DNA of 64,000 bases, from contig CALSNU010000001.1 in NCBI GenBank assembly GCA_943787795.1, positions 832,001 through 896,000 of the forward strand, in the 5' to 3' direction. Below the pieces are notes generated by a model, which worked only from the letters and a program-made list of their open reading frames with translations, had not been told where the DNA came from and did no database searches. A program made the translations under genes and the position numbers. Positions within the stretch are counted from its first letter, which is position 1. Each line of letters starts with the position of its first letter. Of this stretch, positions 42,903-53,226 are shown piece by piece. This DNA comes from an uncultured bacterium. GTDB taxonomy: Bacteria > Planctomycetota > UBA1135 > GCA-002686595.

Positions 42903-44345
42903 TCAGGGGGGCGTGCCGTTGATGTAGGCCGTCAGGTAGTCGTAGGCGAGGGTCCCGATCTCGCGGCCGATGGACTGGCCCGCGGGGATGGCGGGGGGGA
43001 AGTGCACGCCCGCCCAGAAGCGGCTCATGCCGCACTCCTGTTCGAACTCGGTCCAGGTGTTCCAGCCGATGGTGATGTTCTGCTGGGGGGTGTGGCCCGG
43101 CTCGATGCGTGAGCTGCCCTGGAGGACGTCGATGGACCAGCCCAGGCTGTCGGTGCCGAGGAAGAGGCGGCTCGACTGGGCGTGGGCCGCGCAGAACGCG
43201 GCGGAGGCCGAGGGGTACTCGGGGTGGTCCGCCACGGGCAGGTAGCTCTGCCACTGGTTCGCCGGCAGGTCCACCGTCCCCTGGCCCGGGCCGCCCCAGG
43301 CGGTCACCAGTTGATCCTGGTAGAGGTAGCGGATCGCGGAGAAGGGGCGCACCGCGTCGTGCCGACGCTTCTCCTTCCAGATGGCGATGCCGGTGTCGAA
43401 GGCCGCGAGGTTGGTGAGGAAGTCGTAGTGCACGAACTCCTCCAGCGACATGTTCTGCGAGACCGTGACGAACAGGGCGGAGAAGCCCAGGGACGAGATC
43501 TTGTCGTCGAACAGCTCGGCGATCATCTTCTGCCGGTCGGTCATCAGCGCGGACGCGCGGAGCACGGCGTCGGCCTGGCGGCGGTAGTTGGGGTTCGCGG
43601 GGTTGCTGGCCACCGGGGGGATGGCGTTGAACTGCGCGGGGTTCGAGTAGCTGTACGGCTCGACGAGGGCGTACTGGGGCGTGACGAACTGCTGGGCGCG
43701 GAAGATGCCGTAGCCGTTGTCGGTGATGGAGGGCTGCCACTTGCCCGGGTGAGCCAGCTCGTAGGGAGAGTTGGCCGGCTCGTACTCGGTGTAGTCGGAG
43801 TAGGGGCGACCGGTGTCGGCGCGCACCACGGTGGGGTCGGTGGGCTCATCCCCCAGCTGGTTCATGCCGTCGTGCTCGCGGGCGGCGACGACGGCGGCGC
43901 CCGTCACGTTGCCGATCCCCACGGGCGTGGAGAGGTCCGTGCTGGTGTCATCGGGGTCGAGCCCGACGCTGAGCATCATCTGCCTCCACTCCTCCGTGAA
44001 GGTGGGGTAGAGGCTGTCCAGCATCCGCAGCGAGGCGTAGAAGATGGCCGTGTTGCGGTTGGTGTCGTTCTGTTCGGCCGCCGGGCGGCGGGGGATCGTG
44101 GAGGAGATGCCCACCGCCGTGGTGTGGTACGGGGCGATGGCGTCGAACCACACGTGGTTGAGCAGCGTCGTGGTCCGCAGGATCAGGGGCGCATCGCCGG
44201 GGGAGACGACCTGGAAGATGACCGGGACGGCGGCGGGGATGACGACGTCGCGGGGCGCCTGGTCGCTGGAGAACGAGAACGAGCCCTGCGCGAGCGCCGG
44301 AGCGGCGCTGAGCAGGGTCACCATGAGGGCGGACCGGAGATGCAT
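42903..44345 (-). CDS. Secreted vanadium-dependent haloperoxidase, NapH1/Mcl24-like motif set
   Basis: Signal peptide; WKEKRRHDAVRP, DHPEYPSAS, SRFWAGVHF. Confidence 0.82.
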   Translation of the reverse strand: MHLRSALMVTLLSAAPALAQGSFSFSSDQAPRDVVIPAAVPVIFQVVSPGDAPLILRTTTLLNHVWFDAIAPYHTTAVGISSTIPRRPAAEQNDTNRNTAIFYASLRMLDSLYPTFTEEWRQMMLSVGLDPDDTSTDLSTPVGIGNVTGAAVVAAREHDGMNQLGDEPTDPTVVRADTGRPYSDYTEYEPANSPYELAHPGKWQPSITDNGYGIFRAQQFVTPQYALVEPYSYSNPAQFNAIPPVASNPANPNYRRQADAVLRASALMTDRQKMIAELFDDKISSLGFSALFVTVSQNMSLEEFVHYDFLTNLAAFDTGIAIWKEKRRHDAVRPFSAIRYLYQDQLVTAWGGPGQGTVDLPANQWQSYLPVADHPEYPSASAAFCAAHAQSSRLFLGTDSLGWSIDVLQGSSRIEPGHTPQQNITIGWNTWTEFEQECGMSRFWAGVHFPPAIPAGQSIGREIGTLAYDYLTAYINGTPP

Positions 44346-44454
44346 GGCAGACGAGGGAAGGCGGGTACGCCTGCAGGCAGGCGTCAGCGGGAGGAAGAGA
44401 CCCCAGGCTACGCCCCGCGGCGGGTCTGCGTAAGACCCACCTGTCCGCGCCGGC

Positions 44455-46692
44455 TCACCGCGGGACCTGGAGGCCGCCCACGTCCAGCGCGAAGGCGCTG
44501 AGCCCGTGGGTCACGGCCACGAGGGTGGAGGTCTCGCCGTGGAGTCCCAGGTCGAGCACGGGGGCGGTCGGCATGCCGCGGGAGATGGACTCCCAGGTCG
44601 CGCCGTCGTCCCGGGAGACGTAGACCCCGAGGTCCGTGCCGGCGTAGATCAGCCCTTCGAGCTGTGGGTCCTCGAGGACCACGTTGACCCCGGCTGCGGG
44701 CAGGCCGTCTCCGATGGAGGTCCAGGTGCGTCCGAAGTCCAGGGAGCGGTAGACGTGGGGGCGATGCTCGCCGCCGCCCGCTCCGGAGAGGCAGACGAGG
44801 ACGCGCTCGGAGTCCCGGTGCCCGAGGGTCACGCTCTCGACGGATCGCCGGGGCAGGCCGTCGCCGGCGGGGGTCCAGGTCGCGCCGCCGTCGGCGGACA
44901 GGGACATCCGGCCTCCGTCACCGCCGGCGGCGAGGCGCTTCTCGTCCACGGGAGATTCGACCAGAACCTTGAGCGCCCCCCGGCCTCCCGTGAGGTCCGG
45001 GCTGATGACGGCCCACGTGTCGCCTCGATCCTCGGACCGGTGGACGTGCTGCGAGGCGCAGTAGAGGACGCCTTCGGCGTGGAGCGAGGGGAGCAGGGGC
45101 GTGTTCCACTCGAAGCGCAGGCGCGGCTCACCCTCGGCTGCCCGCGGCGTGATGCGGCGGCCAGAATCCCGGCCCCAGCGCAGGGGCGCGCCGGGCCGCT
45201 TGCGGCGCATGTCGCCGTTCTGGTGCTCGTAGTAGACGGTGCCGTCGCCAGACGGATCAGGGAAGGTCGCGAAGCCGTCGCCGCCGTCCCAGGGGTCGAG
45301 GTAGACGTAGCTCCAGTCATCGGAGCGAAGGTCCGCAAGGACCGCAGACGACGGGGCTGAGAGCGAGGCGTTGTCCTGGGTCCCGCCCCAGAGGCGGAAC
45401 GGCTCCGCGCCGTCCAGGTGCACCGTGTAGAACTCCGCGATGGGCAGGTTGTTCAGGTGCAGCCAGCTCTCCGCGCGGTCCATGGAGACGTAGAGGCCGC
45501 CGTCGGTCCCCAGCAGGATCCGATCCGGGTTCCCCGGGTCGATCCACAGGTCGTGCATGTCCAGGTGCATGCCCTTGCCTGGATGCTCCTGCAGGCGGAA
45601 GACCTCCTCGCCGCCTCGCTTGAAGGTGGCGCCGCCGTCGCTGGACACCATGAGTCGGAAGCCGCACACGTACACCTGATCCGCGTCGTCCGGCGAGACC
45701 ATCACGTCGCAGAAGTCCCATCCCACGTAGGTGTCCACGTAGGCCTCGGAGGTCCGAGCCCAGGTGTCGCCGCCGTCGTCCGAGCGGAAGAGGGCGCCGC
45801 CCACGTCGTAGCGGCCGTTGCCGGGGGGGGAGTGGTCCACCATCAGCGCGTACACCACGCCGCGCTCGCTGGCGGAGGCGGCCACGGCGACACGGCCCAC
45901 GTCCTTGCCCTGCAGCAGGCCACCCTCGAGGCGCGTCCAGGAGACGCCGCCGTCGGTGCTCCGGAAGACGCCGCCCTCGCCCTGGCGCCGCCGGTCCCAC
46001 CCCGCGGCCCAGAGCCGGTCCGGGTCGAACGGGTCGCGGACGAGGTCGATGATCCCCACGTGCGGGCCAGCGTGGAGCGTCCGCTCCCAGGACTCGCCGC
46101 CGTCGCGGCTCACGTGGACGCCGCGGCCCTCATGGGCGCCGCCGCGGGGGCCGATCACGGCCACGTGGATCAGGTTCGAATCGGAGGGGTGCACCAGCAC
46201 CTTGCCGATCCGCGCGCTGTCCACGAGCCCCATGTTGCGCCAGGTCTCGCCTCCATCCCCGGAGCGGAAGACGCCGGTGCCGTCGTAGGACATCCCGCCG
46301 AGGTGAGCCTCGCCGGTGCCGACCCAGACGACGTCGCCGTCGCTGGGATCCACGGTCACGTCGCCCACCGCGAAGGTGGACTCGTTGGCGAACACGTGGC
46401 GCCAGGAGAGGCCGCCGTTGACGGACTTCCAGACGCCGCCGGACCCGACGCCGGCGTAGATGACGCCGGGCTTGCCCCTCGGGGAGTCCACCGCCTCGAT
46501 GCGCCCGCCGCAGTTCTTCGGCCCGAGAGGACGCCAGCGGGCCTCCTTCATGGGGCCCTCGCCGGTACGTCTGCGGTGCTCCTCCCAGGCTGCGATCCGA
46601 GCCGAGCCCGAGGGAGGGACGGGTGAGGAGGAGAAGGGGGCGGGAAGCGGCGCGCCCTGGGCGCTGACGATGAGGAGGACGGTGGAGAGCAC
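44455..46692 (-). CDS. VPS10/BNR (Asp-box) beta-propeller glycosyl-hydrolase-like protein
   Basis: Many S-x-D-G-G-x-T/S-W repeats; WRPLGP...GGRI, GGTQDN, GDGF. Confidence 0.85.
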   Translation of the reverse strand: MLSTVLLIVSAQGAPLPAPFSSSPVPPSGSARIAAWEEHRRRTGEGPMKEARWRPLGPKNCGGRIEAVDSPRGKPGVIYAGVGSGGVWKSVNGGLSWRHVFANESTFAVGDVTVDPSDGDVVWVGTGEAHLGGMSYDGTGVFRSGDGGETWRNMGLVDSARIGKVLVHPSDSNLIHVAVIGPRGGAHEGRGVHVSRDGGESWERTLHAGPHVGIIDLVRDPFDPDRLWAAGWDRRRQGEGGVFRSTDGGVSWTRLEGGLLQGKDVGRVAVAASASERGVVYALMVDHSPPGNGRYDVGGALFRSDDGGDTWARTSEAYVDTYVGWDFCDVMVSPDDADQVYVCGFRLMVSSDGGATFKRGGEEVFRLQEHPGKGMHLDMHDLWIDPGNPDRILLGTDGGLYVSMDRAESWLHLNNLPIAEFYTVHLDGAEPFRLWGGTQDNASLSAPSSAVLADLRSDDWSYVYLDPWDGGDGFATFPDPSGDGTVYYEHQNGDMRRKRPGAPLRWGRDSGRRITPRAAEGEPRLRFEWNTPLLPSLHAEGVLYCASQHVHRSEDRGDTWAVISPDLTGGRGALKVLVESPVDEKRLAAGGDGGRMSLSADGGATWTPAGDGLPRRSVESVTLGHRDSERVLVCLSGAGGGEHRPHVYRSLDFGRTWTSIGDGLPAAGVNVVLEDPQLEGLIYAGTDLGVYVSRDDGATWESISRGMPTAPVLDLGLHGETSTLVAVTHGLSAFALDVGGLQVPR

Positions 46693-46871
46693 GTGGCCAT
46701 GGTACCGGCACCCTCTCCCGCGACGGCGATCGACCCGATCCCGCCGCTGTCGCGGTAGGCTCGTCCGTCCTCCAACGCGGAGCGACCCTCAGAGGCCGTG
46801 GCCCGAACCGCCCCGGGAGAGCCACCCTGCCCACGAGGTCGCCGCCACCTCCCCGTCACCCCGTTCCCGCC

Positions 46872-47801
46872 ATGCTCTCACCGCTCAACGCCCTGCTCAT
46901 CGCAGCCCTCCTGCCCGCCGCGCTGGACGCTGGCGTCACCGAGCCGGTGCCGTTCCGAACGCCGGAGGCCGTGGAGCTGGAGCTCTGGCCCGCCGGCGTC
47001 CCCGGCGCCCCCGAGGCGCCGCCCGACGAGGTCGTGCGGGACCGGGAGGGGGGCGGCGACCGCCACGTGTCGCGCGTTCATGTCCCGACCATCACCGCGT
47101 ACCTCCCCGCGGAGGGCGCAGAGCCCCGGCCCGCGGTCGTGATCTGCCCGGGGGGCGGCTACGGCCTGCTGGCCCTGGACAAGGAGGGCCATGACGTGGC
47201 CCGCTGGTTCGCGGAGCGCGGCGTCGTGGGCGTGGTCCTGAAGTACCGCCTGCCGCGCCCCGCCGGTCACGTCTACGGCCACGAGGCGCCGCTGGCCGAC
47301 GCGGCCCGGGCCCTCGCCCTCGTGCGCGAGCAGGCCGAGGGCTGGGGCGTCGACGTGGGGCGGGTCGGCATCATGGGGTTCTCGGCCGGCGGCCACCTGG
47401 CCGCCAGCGCGTCCGTCCAGCTCGGCGAGGCGGGGCCGGACTTCAGCGTGCTGGTCTATCCCGTCATCTCCATGGTGGCCGAGGTCACCCACGGCGGTTC
47501 GAAGAAGAACCTGCTCGGCCCGGACCCGGACGCGGAGCTGGTGGAGCGCTTCTCGAGCGAGCTGCAGGTCACCAAGGCCACCCCGCCAGCCTTCCTCGTC
47601 CACACCTCGGACGACTGGGTCAAGGTGGAGAACTCTCTGCGCTACTACTCTGCCCTGCGCGCGGCGGGCGTCTCCGCCGAGCTGCACGTGTTCGCCCGCG
47701 GCGGCCACGGCTACGGCATGCGCCGGCCGGACCTCCCGGTGGGGCGCTGGCCGGCGCTGCTCGACGCGTGGATCAAGAACGTGATCGACGCGGCGGACTG
47801 A
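46872..47801 (+). CDS. Secreted alpha/beta hydrolase (esterase)
   Basis: VICPGGGY, GFSAGGHLA, YPVI, GGHGYG. Confidence 0.88.
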   Translation: MLSPLNALLIAALLPAALDAGVTEPVPFRTPEAVELELWPAGVPGAPEAPPDEVVRDREGGGDRHVSRVHVPTITAYLPAEGAEPRPAVVICPGGGYGLLALDKEGHDVARWFAERGVVGVVLKYRLPRPAGHVYGHEAPLADAARALALVREQAEGWGVDVGRVGIMGFSAGGHLAASASVQLGEAGPDFSVLVYPVISMVAEVTHGGSKKNLLGPDPDAELVERFSSELQVTKATPPAFLVHTSDDWVKVENSLRYYSALRAAGVSAELHVFARGGHGYGMRRPDLPVGRWPALLDAWIKNVIDAAD

Positions 47802-47819
47802 GCCGCGGGTCCACCTCGC

Positions 47820-48716
47820 TCAGGCTCGCCACCCGCGCAGGCGGAGGGGCTCGATGAGCATCATGTGCGGGACCGTCAGGGCGGCCAGGCCGATGAAGAT
47901 GATCTGGAGCGTGCGGGCGTCGAGGGTCGCGCCTTCCAGGGCGTAGAACGCCACGGGGATGGCCGCGGCGGTGGCCAGGGTGGGGAGCGCCGACGCGCGG
48001 AGCAGCTGGGCGGGTGCGAGGTCGAAGACGGCGCCGGTGCGGAGCACGTGGCGGGCCGAGTGCAGCACGCAGAAGTAGATGGCGAAGGCCGTGAGGGGCG
48101 GGGCCAGGGTCGCGAGGAGGGCCGTGGCGGCGGCCTCGATGAGCGACGCGGTGGGGACCGCATGGGGGGGCGCCGCGGTCGCGCCGCGGAGGCGTCCCAG
48201 GGCGGCGAGGGCGAGGACGCCGAGGAGGGTGCCGAGGAAGAGGGGGGCCCCGGCGGCGAGCGCGCGGGCGAGGGCCTCGGCCCCCGCGGCCGGGACCAGC
48301 ATGGCGAACAGCTCCGCCAGCTCCTCCCCGTGGAGGAGCGCGGGGAGGACGATGGGGGACGCGCCGTGGAGGCCGCGGAGGAGCGTCGGGGTGCCCGCCT
48401 CCAGGTCACCGCTGAAGTGGAACCCTGAGATGAGGAGGAAGACCGTGAGGGAGGCGGTGGGCGCCAGGATCCAGAGGCCCACAACCGCCGCGGCGATGGC
48501 CACGTAGGCGGCCGTGAACATGACCCAGGTTTCGAGGCGCCGCACCCTCAGGGTGCGCGCCGCGTGGATGACGTCCAGGGCGCCGTGGGGGACCCCGAGG
48601 AGGACCACGGCCGCCGCCACCACGAACAGCTCCAGGGACGGCCAGCCGGTGCGCAGCGCGGCGCTGGCCGCCGTGACGATGAGGGCCAAGGCGCAGAAGA
48701 CGACCGTGTGCCTCAT
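47820..48716 (-). CDS. blh: Beta-carotene 15,15'-dioxygenase (Brp/Blh)
   Basis: GVPHGALD, FHF, YFCVLHSARH, LAALTVPHM (four His ligands). Confidence 0.93.
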   Translation of the reverse strand: MRHTVVFCALALIVTAASAALRTGWPSLELFVVAAAVVLLGVPHGALDVIHAARTLRVRRLETWVMFTAAYVAIAAAVVGLWILAPTASLTVFLLISGFHFSGDLEAGTPTLLRGLHGASPIVLPALLHGEELAELFAMLVPAAGAEALARALAAGAPLFLGTLLGVLALAALGRLRGATAAPPHAVPTASLIEAAATALLATLAPPLTAFAIYFCVLHSARHVLRTGAVFDLAPAQLLRASALPTLATAAAIPVAFYALEGATLDARTLQIIFIGLAALTVPHMMLIEPLRLRGWRA

Positions 48717-49864
48717 CCGACCTCCCCCAGGGGGCGCCGCAAGAGGGCGGCCCCGGCCTCACGAAGGAAGGGTCCCGGAGGCAGGGAGCCCACGATCGCG
48801 AGGGCGTCCAGCGGCGAGCCGAGGTCGCTCAGGAACCGGATCACGCGCTCGGTGGAGGCGCGGGCGAAGAGGCCGGCCAGCAGCTCCGGACCGCGCTCGG
48901 GTTCTGCCCGAAGGACCCGCAGGAAGACGGTGTCCATGGCGCGGCGAAGGAGGGGGTCGGGTTGAACGGCGCGCGGGGTGCCGTCCCCGAGGAGGCTCGC
49001 CGCGCAGGTGTCGGCCCAGGCCTGGATACGCTGGAAGGCGTACCCCGTGCTCGGGCGCGCGCCCCCGTGGAACAGGCCGGCCTGGACCCAGGGCCTTGGG
49101 GTGAGGGGGCCGGCGAGCCCCATGGGGAGCGCGCTGTGCTCGGAGCGCCGGACCGAGACAGGGCCGCCTCCCACAAGCCGCGCGGTGGCGCGGTCGAGGT
49201 CTCCACGGAGCTCGGACGCTGCGAGGGCCTGTGGACCGAAGACCGTGGTCTCCACCAGCGCCTCGTGGGCGCTCAGCGGCAGGACGTAGCTGAACTGGAC
49301 GCCCCGGCGATTCGGGTCGTCGAAGTCCATCAGGGTGAGGACCTGGGGGTCGAAGCTGGGGGCCTCGACCGTCACGACCTGCCCCAGGAACGACTGCCAC
49401 AGGAGGCACTCCGGCAGGGGCGTCGGGGGCCGCGTGTCGATGACATGGCGCGCGCGAAAGGTCTCGTGTGCCGTGCGGACCAGCCACCCGTCGCCGTCGG
49501 GCACCGGGTCGCCCGTCACCCTCGCTCCAAGCTGGAGCGAGACGGCCCCGCAGCCCTCGATGCGCTCCTGGACGTGCTCGTAGTAGGGGAGCGCCGTGAG
49601 CATCTGATAGGGGGTCGCGCCGCAGTCGTAGGTCTCGAGGCGCCCACCGCTCCCGACGGCCATCCGGTTCCATGACGCGCTGACCAGGTCCTCGAACCTG
49701 TGGGCGCGGGTCCGCCAGAAGCTCCAGGTGCGATCGTCCTCGTAGCCCTCGCGCCCCTCGAGGACGAGGGTGCGCGGGCTGGAGGTGCCGTGATCGGTCA
49801 GGCGCAGGGCGAGCGCGAGGCCCGCGCAGCCGCCGCCGAGCACGAGCAGGTCCAGCTCACCCAC
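48713..49864 (-). CDS. crtY: Lycopene beta-cyclase
   Basis: LVLGGGCAGL, DDRTWSFW, LMDF, FSYVLP, ALVETT, LPM, RPSTGYAF. Confidence 0.9.
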   Translation of the reverse strand: MGELDLLVLGGGCAGLALALRLTDHGTSSPRTLVLEGREGYEDDRTWSFWRTRAHRFEDLVSASWNRMAVGSGGRLETYDCGATPYQMLTALPYYEHVQERIEGCGAVSLQLGARVTGDPVPDGDGWLVRTAHETFRARHVIDTRPPTPLPECLLWQSFLGQVVTVEAPSFDPQVLTLMDFDDPNRRGVQFSYVLPLSAHEALVETTVFGPQALAASELRGDLDRATARLVGGGPVSVRRSEHSALPMGLAGPLTPRPWVQAGLFHGGARPSTGYAFQRIQAWADTCAASLLGDGTPRAVQPDPLLRRAMDTVFLRVLRAEPERGPELLAGLFARASTERVIRFLSDLGSPLDALAIVGSLPPGPFLREAGAALLRRPLGEVG

Positions 49865-50795
49865 GCTGCGCCTCGGCCTGGTTGGCGCCGCCGAGCCCAG
49901 CGAGGTGGCGGTGCAGGGTGGGGGAGTGGTGGTCGGGGCGGCACCAGAATGCGGGCCGCGGCACCGAGGAGAGGAGGGCGGTGGCCGTCGTGAGCGCCTT
50001 GGCGGCGGCGGGGACGTACGCCCTCTCGCTCAGGCGGTCGCCGAGGGCCAGGGCTCGCGGGCCGATGGCTCGGTAGTTCTGCGCCGCCACGAGCATGGCC
50101 GCGCGCGCTCGCAGCGGGAGGAAGGGGAGGCCGCGGATGCCGCTTCGGTAGTAGCCCTCCGCGCGCTCGAGGAGCGCACGGCGGCCGTCGACGAGCGACC
50201 GATGTTGCGCAGGGGTCGGCGCGAGGATGGCCTCGGGCGAGAGCTCGCCCACCAGGGAGGCTGGGATGTAGCGGCGGCCGATCAGGGCGTCCTCGTGGAT
50301 GTCTCGCGCGATGTTCGTCAGCTGCATGCCGATCCCGAGGTCGATGGCGTGGGGCAGCGCGGCCGCCTCCGGGCGGTCCAGCGCGAAGCACATCATCACG
50401 CCCACGGTCCCCGCGACACGGTAGCAATAACGGATCAACGCCCGCTCGTCGGCGAGCTGCACCTCTCCGAGGTCCGAGAGGACACCGTCGATCAACGCGA
50501 GCGCCGCCTCGACCCCGGGGCCCGCGCCCCCGAGGATCCCCAGGACCGCGGCGAGCATCGGGTCCGATGAGGTGCCCCGCTCCAGGTCGGAGCGGATCGC
50601 GGCCAGGTCCTGAGCCGCCTGGACGGGATCCTCGGACTCGTCCGCGACGTCGTCGAGGTATCGGCAGAAGGCGTAGAGCCGGGTCGAGCGCTCGGCGTGG
50701 CGGCTCCCCAGGAAGCGGCGGGCCCAGGCAAAGGTCTTGCCGTTCTCCCGGAGCACGCGGTCGGCGTCCTCGAGGGTCCCCGCCTGCTGGATCAT
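49857..50795 (-). CDS. crtB: Phytoene synthase
   Basis: GKTFAWA, LYAFCRYLDDVAD, YCYRVAGTVG, LGIGMQLTNIARDIHED, GRRYIP. Confidence 0.94.
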   Translation of the reverse strand: MIQQAGTLEDADRVLRENGKTFAWARRFLGSRHAERSTRLYAFCRYLDDVADESEDPVQAAQDLAAIRSDLERGTSSDPMLAAVLGILGGAGPGVEAALALIDGVLSDLGEVQLADERALIRYCYRVAGTVGVMMCFALDRPEAAALPHAIDLGIGMQLTNIARDIHEDALIGRRYIPASLVGELSPEAILAPTPAQHRSLVDGRRALLERAEGYYRSGIRGLPFLPLRARAAMLVAAQNYRAIGPRALALGDRLSERAYVPAAAKALTTATALLSSVPRPAFWCRPDHHSPTLHRHLAGLGGANQAEAQRG

Positions 50796-52267
50796 CCGAC
50801 CGTTTCGGCCGGCACGAGCTTGTCCACCACCTTGGCGGAGCAGAGGACCCCCGGCATGCCCGCACCGGGGTGCGTCCCGGCGCCGACGAGGTAGAGGTTG
50901 CGGATGCCCTCTGCCCGGTTATGGAAGCGGAACCAGGCGGACTGACGGAACAGCGGGGCGACGGAGAACCCCGCGCCGTGGACGCTGAGGTAGTCGGTCT
51001 TGAAGTCCTCGGGCGTCATGTAGAAGTCTGCGGTGATGGTCTCCTGCAGCCCGGGGAGCATGGTCTCGTCCAGCGACTTGACGATGCGGTCACGCAGGCG
51101 CGGCCCCTCGACCGACCAGTCCACGTCGCCCTGCAGATTCGGGACGGGGCACAGCACGTAGAAGCTGTCGCAGCCCTCCGGCGCGAAGCTCGGGTCGGTG
51201 GCGGTGGGGCGGTGGACGTAGAGCGAGAAGTCCTCTGCGAGCACCTTCTTGTTGAAGATGTCGTTGAGCAGTTCCTTGTAGCGCTTGCCGAACCACACGG
51301 TGTGGTGCGCCACGTCGGGGTACTGCTTGGTGGTCCCGAAGTAGAGGACGAACAGGCCCATGGAGTAATGCGCCGAGGCGAGCTTGGCCTTCGAGGCGAG
51401 GCTACGTTCCGGGCGGGGGATCATCTCGCCGTGGAGATAGGCGGCGTCCGCGTTGGAGACCGTGACCTCTGCTCGCCGCTCCTCGCCGCCTTCAAGCACG
51501 ACACCCTTCGCGTCGCCCTTCTCGACCAGGACGCGCTCGACGGTCTGGCCCATCTCGATGCGAATGCCCTGACGCCGCATCAGGTCCTCGAGCGCCTTCA
51601 CGATGGCGCCCGTGCCTCCCATGGCGAAGTGGATGCCCCACTCCCGCTCCACGTGGTGGATGAGGCTATAGATGCTCGTGGTGTCGAACGGGTTCCCGCC
51701 GACCAGCAGCGGCTGGATCGAGAAGGCCCACTGGAGCTTGGGGTGAGAGAGGTACTTCGAGACGAACTGCCAAACGGTGAGGTGACTCCGCAGCTCCATG
51801 AGCTTTGGGATTTGCTTCACCATGGTCCCGAACCGGTGGAAGGGCTCGTCGGACAGCTCGGTGAAGCCCACGTCGAAGATGCGCTTCGAGTGCTCCAGGA
51901 GCCGCTCGTACCCCTCGACGTCCTTCGGCTCGATGCGGGCGATCTCGGCCTTGGTGTCCTCGATGGAGCCGCCGTAGTCGAAGTGGGTGCCGTCGGGGTA
52001 CTGGAAGCGGTACCAGGGGGTGAGGGGGACCAGCGTCACATGATCCGAGAAGCGCTCGCCAAACAGCTCGAAGAGCTCCTCGAAGAGGAACGGCGCCGTG
52101 ACCACTGTCGGGCCTGCGTCATGTTTGAAGCCGTCCCGCTCGAACGTTCGGGCGCGGCCACCGAGGCGCTCACCCCGCTCGAGCAGGGTGACGTCGTAGC
52201 CTTTGGCTCGGAGCCGAAGAGCGGCGGCGATGCCACCGAGGCCGCCGCCGCAGACAATGGCGCTCAT
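50792..52267 (-). CDS. crtI: Phytoene desaturase
   Basis: GGGLGGIAAALRL, HDAGPTVVT, LYLVGAGTHPGAGMPGVLCSA. Confidence 0.95.
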   Translation of the reverse strand: MSAIVCGGGLGGIAAALRLRAKGYDVTLLERGERLGGRARTFERDGFKHDAGPTVVTAPFLFEELFELFGERFSDHVTLVPLTPWYRFQYPDGTHFDYGGSIEDTKAEIARIEPKDVEGYERLLEHSKRIFDVGFTELSDEPFHRFGTMVKQIPKLMELRSHLTVWQFVSKYLSHPKLQWAFSIQPLLVGGNPFDTTSIYSLIHHVEREWGIHFAMGGTGAIVKALEDLMRRQGIRIEMGQTVERVLVEKGDAKGVVLEGGEERRAEVTVSNADAAYLHGEMIPRPERSLASKAKLASAHYSMGLFVLYFGTTKQYPDVAHHTVWFGKRYKELLNDIFNKKVLAEDFSLYVHRPTATDPSFAPEGCDSFYVLCPVPNLQGDVDWSVEGPRLRDRIVKSLDETMLPGLQETITADFYMTPEDFKTDYLSVHGAGFSVAPLFRQSAWFRFHNRAEGIRNLYLVGAGTHPGAGMPGVLCSAKVVDKLVPAETVG

Positions 52268-52273
52268 CGTGGA

Positions 52274-53170
52274 TCAGATGCGCGCTGCGAAGCGGCGCGC
52301 GAGCTCTTGGAGGGGGGCGCCTGCACCGTGGGGGAGGTCCTCGGCCAGCGCGATCGATTCGTGGAGCAGCTCGAGGGCGCGCTCACGGGCGAGGGCGATG
52401 CCGCCGGTGCCAGAGCGATCGTTTGCGAGCATGACATAGTTGAGGCGCCCAGCGCCGCTCGAGGCGGCGAGGTCGCTCTCGAGGTCTTCGAGGTCGTCCG
52501 CGATCTGGTAGCCGATGGCGAGCGCGTGCGCGGCCCGTCTGGCCTGCGGCACGGCGTGCTCGCAGCCCGCATAGAGCAGCGCGAGCTCGATGGGGAGGGC
52601 GAACAGGACGCCGGACTTCTCCGCGGCGACCTGCTCGTACTCGCGGAGGGTTGTGCCCGTGTGGGCGCTGACCGCCAGGTCTGCGGTCTGCCCGTGGATC
52701 AGGAGGGAGGTGCGAAGGTGGGTGTGCGCCACCAGCGGACCGATGCGCGCTCCGTCTGAGAGAGTTGAGAGGGCGCCGTAGGCCGCGGAGAGCATGAGCG
52801 CGCCAGTGCAGAGAGCCACCTCGGCGCCGAACTTGACCCAGACGGCCGGTGTTCCTCTGCGCTCGGTGTCCTTGTCCTGGAGGTCGTCGAAAACGAGCGA
52901 CGAGTTGTGGAGAAGCTCCACGGTGGCCGCGAGGGCCAGGTTGTCTGCGTCGGGGATGCCGAGGGCGGATCCAGCTTGCAGGGCGAGCTCTGCGCGGGCG
53001 CGCTTTCCACCTGACTCCAGGTGGTAGCACGCCGCGCGCAGGGCCGCCGAACCCGCGCCGCGTCGGGCCCCGCCGGACGACTCCACGAAGGCCACCAGAG
53101 CTTGATCAGAGAGTCCGAGTCGCGTTGCCGCGTGGTCGGTCGCTTCGTCCCTTCGCTGTGTGGTGGTCAT
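52274..53170 (-). CDS. crtE: Geranylgeranyl diphosphate synthase
   Basis: GGKRAR, VELLHNSSLVFDDLQD...RRG, GQ, EKSG, YQIADDLED. Confidence 0.9.
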   Translation of the reverse strand: MTTTQRRDEATDHAATRLGLSDQALVAFVESSGGARRGAGSAALRAACYHLESGGKRARAELALQAGSALGIPDADNLALAATVELLHNSSLVFDDLQDKDTERRGTPAVWVKFGAEVALCTGALMLSAAYGALSTLSDGARIGPLVAHTHLRTSLLIHGQTADLAVSAHTGTTLREYEQVAAEKSGVLFALPIELALLYAGCEHAVPQARRAAHALAIGYQIADDLEDLESDLAASSGAGRLNYVMLANDRSGTGGIALARERALELLHESIALAEDLPHGAGAPLQELARRFAARI

Positions 53171-53226
53171 GCCTTGAAGTCGTCGTGATGCGGTGCCTTG
53201 ACGGTCGGTACAGGTCAGTAGGGCGA

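Noticed and set aside
50567..52759. Long alternative-frame ORFs (730 aa here; also 23644..25659, 35667..37634, 27854..29503 and most of 19827..21800)
   Set aside because: Antisense shadows of well-supported genes, expected at this GC content; no motifs.
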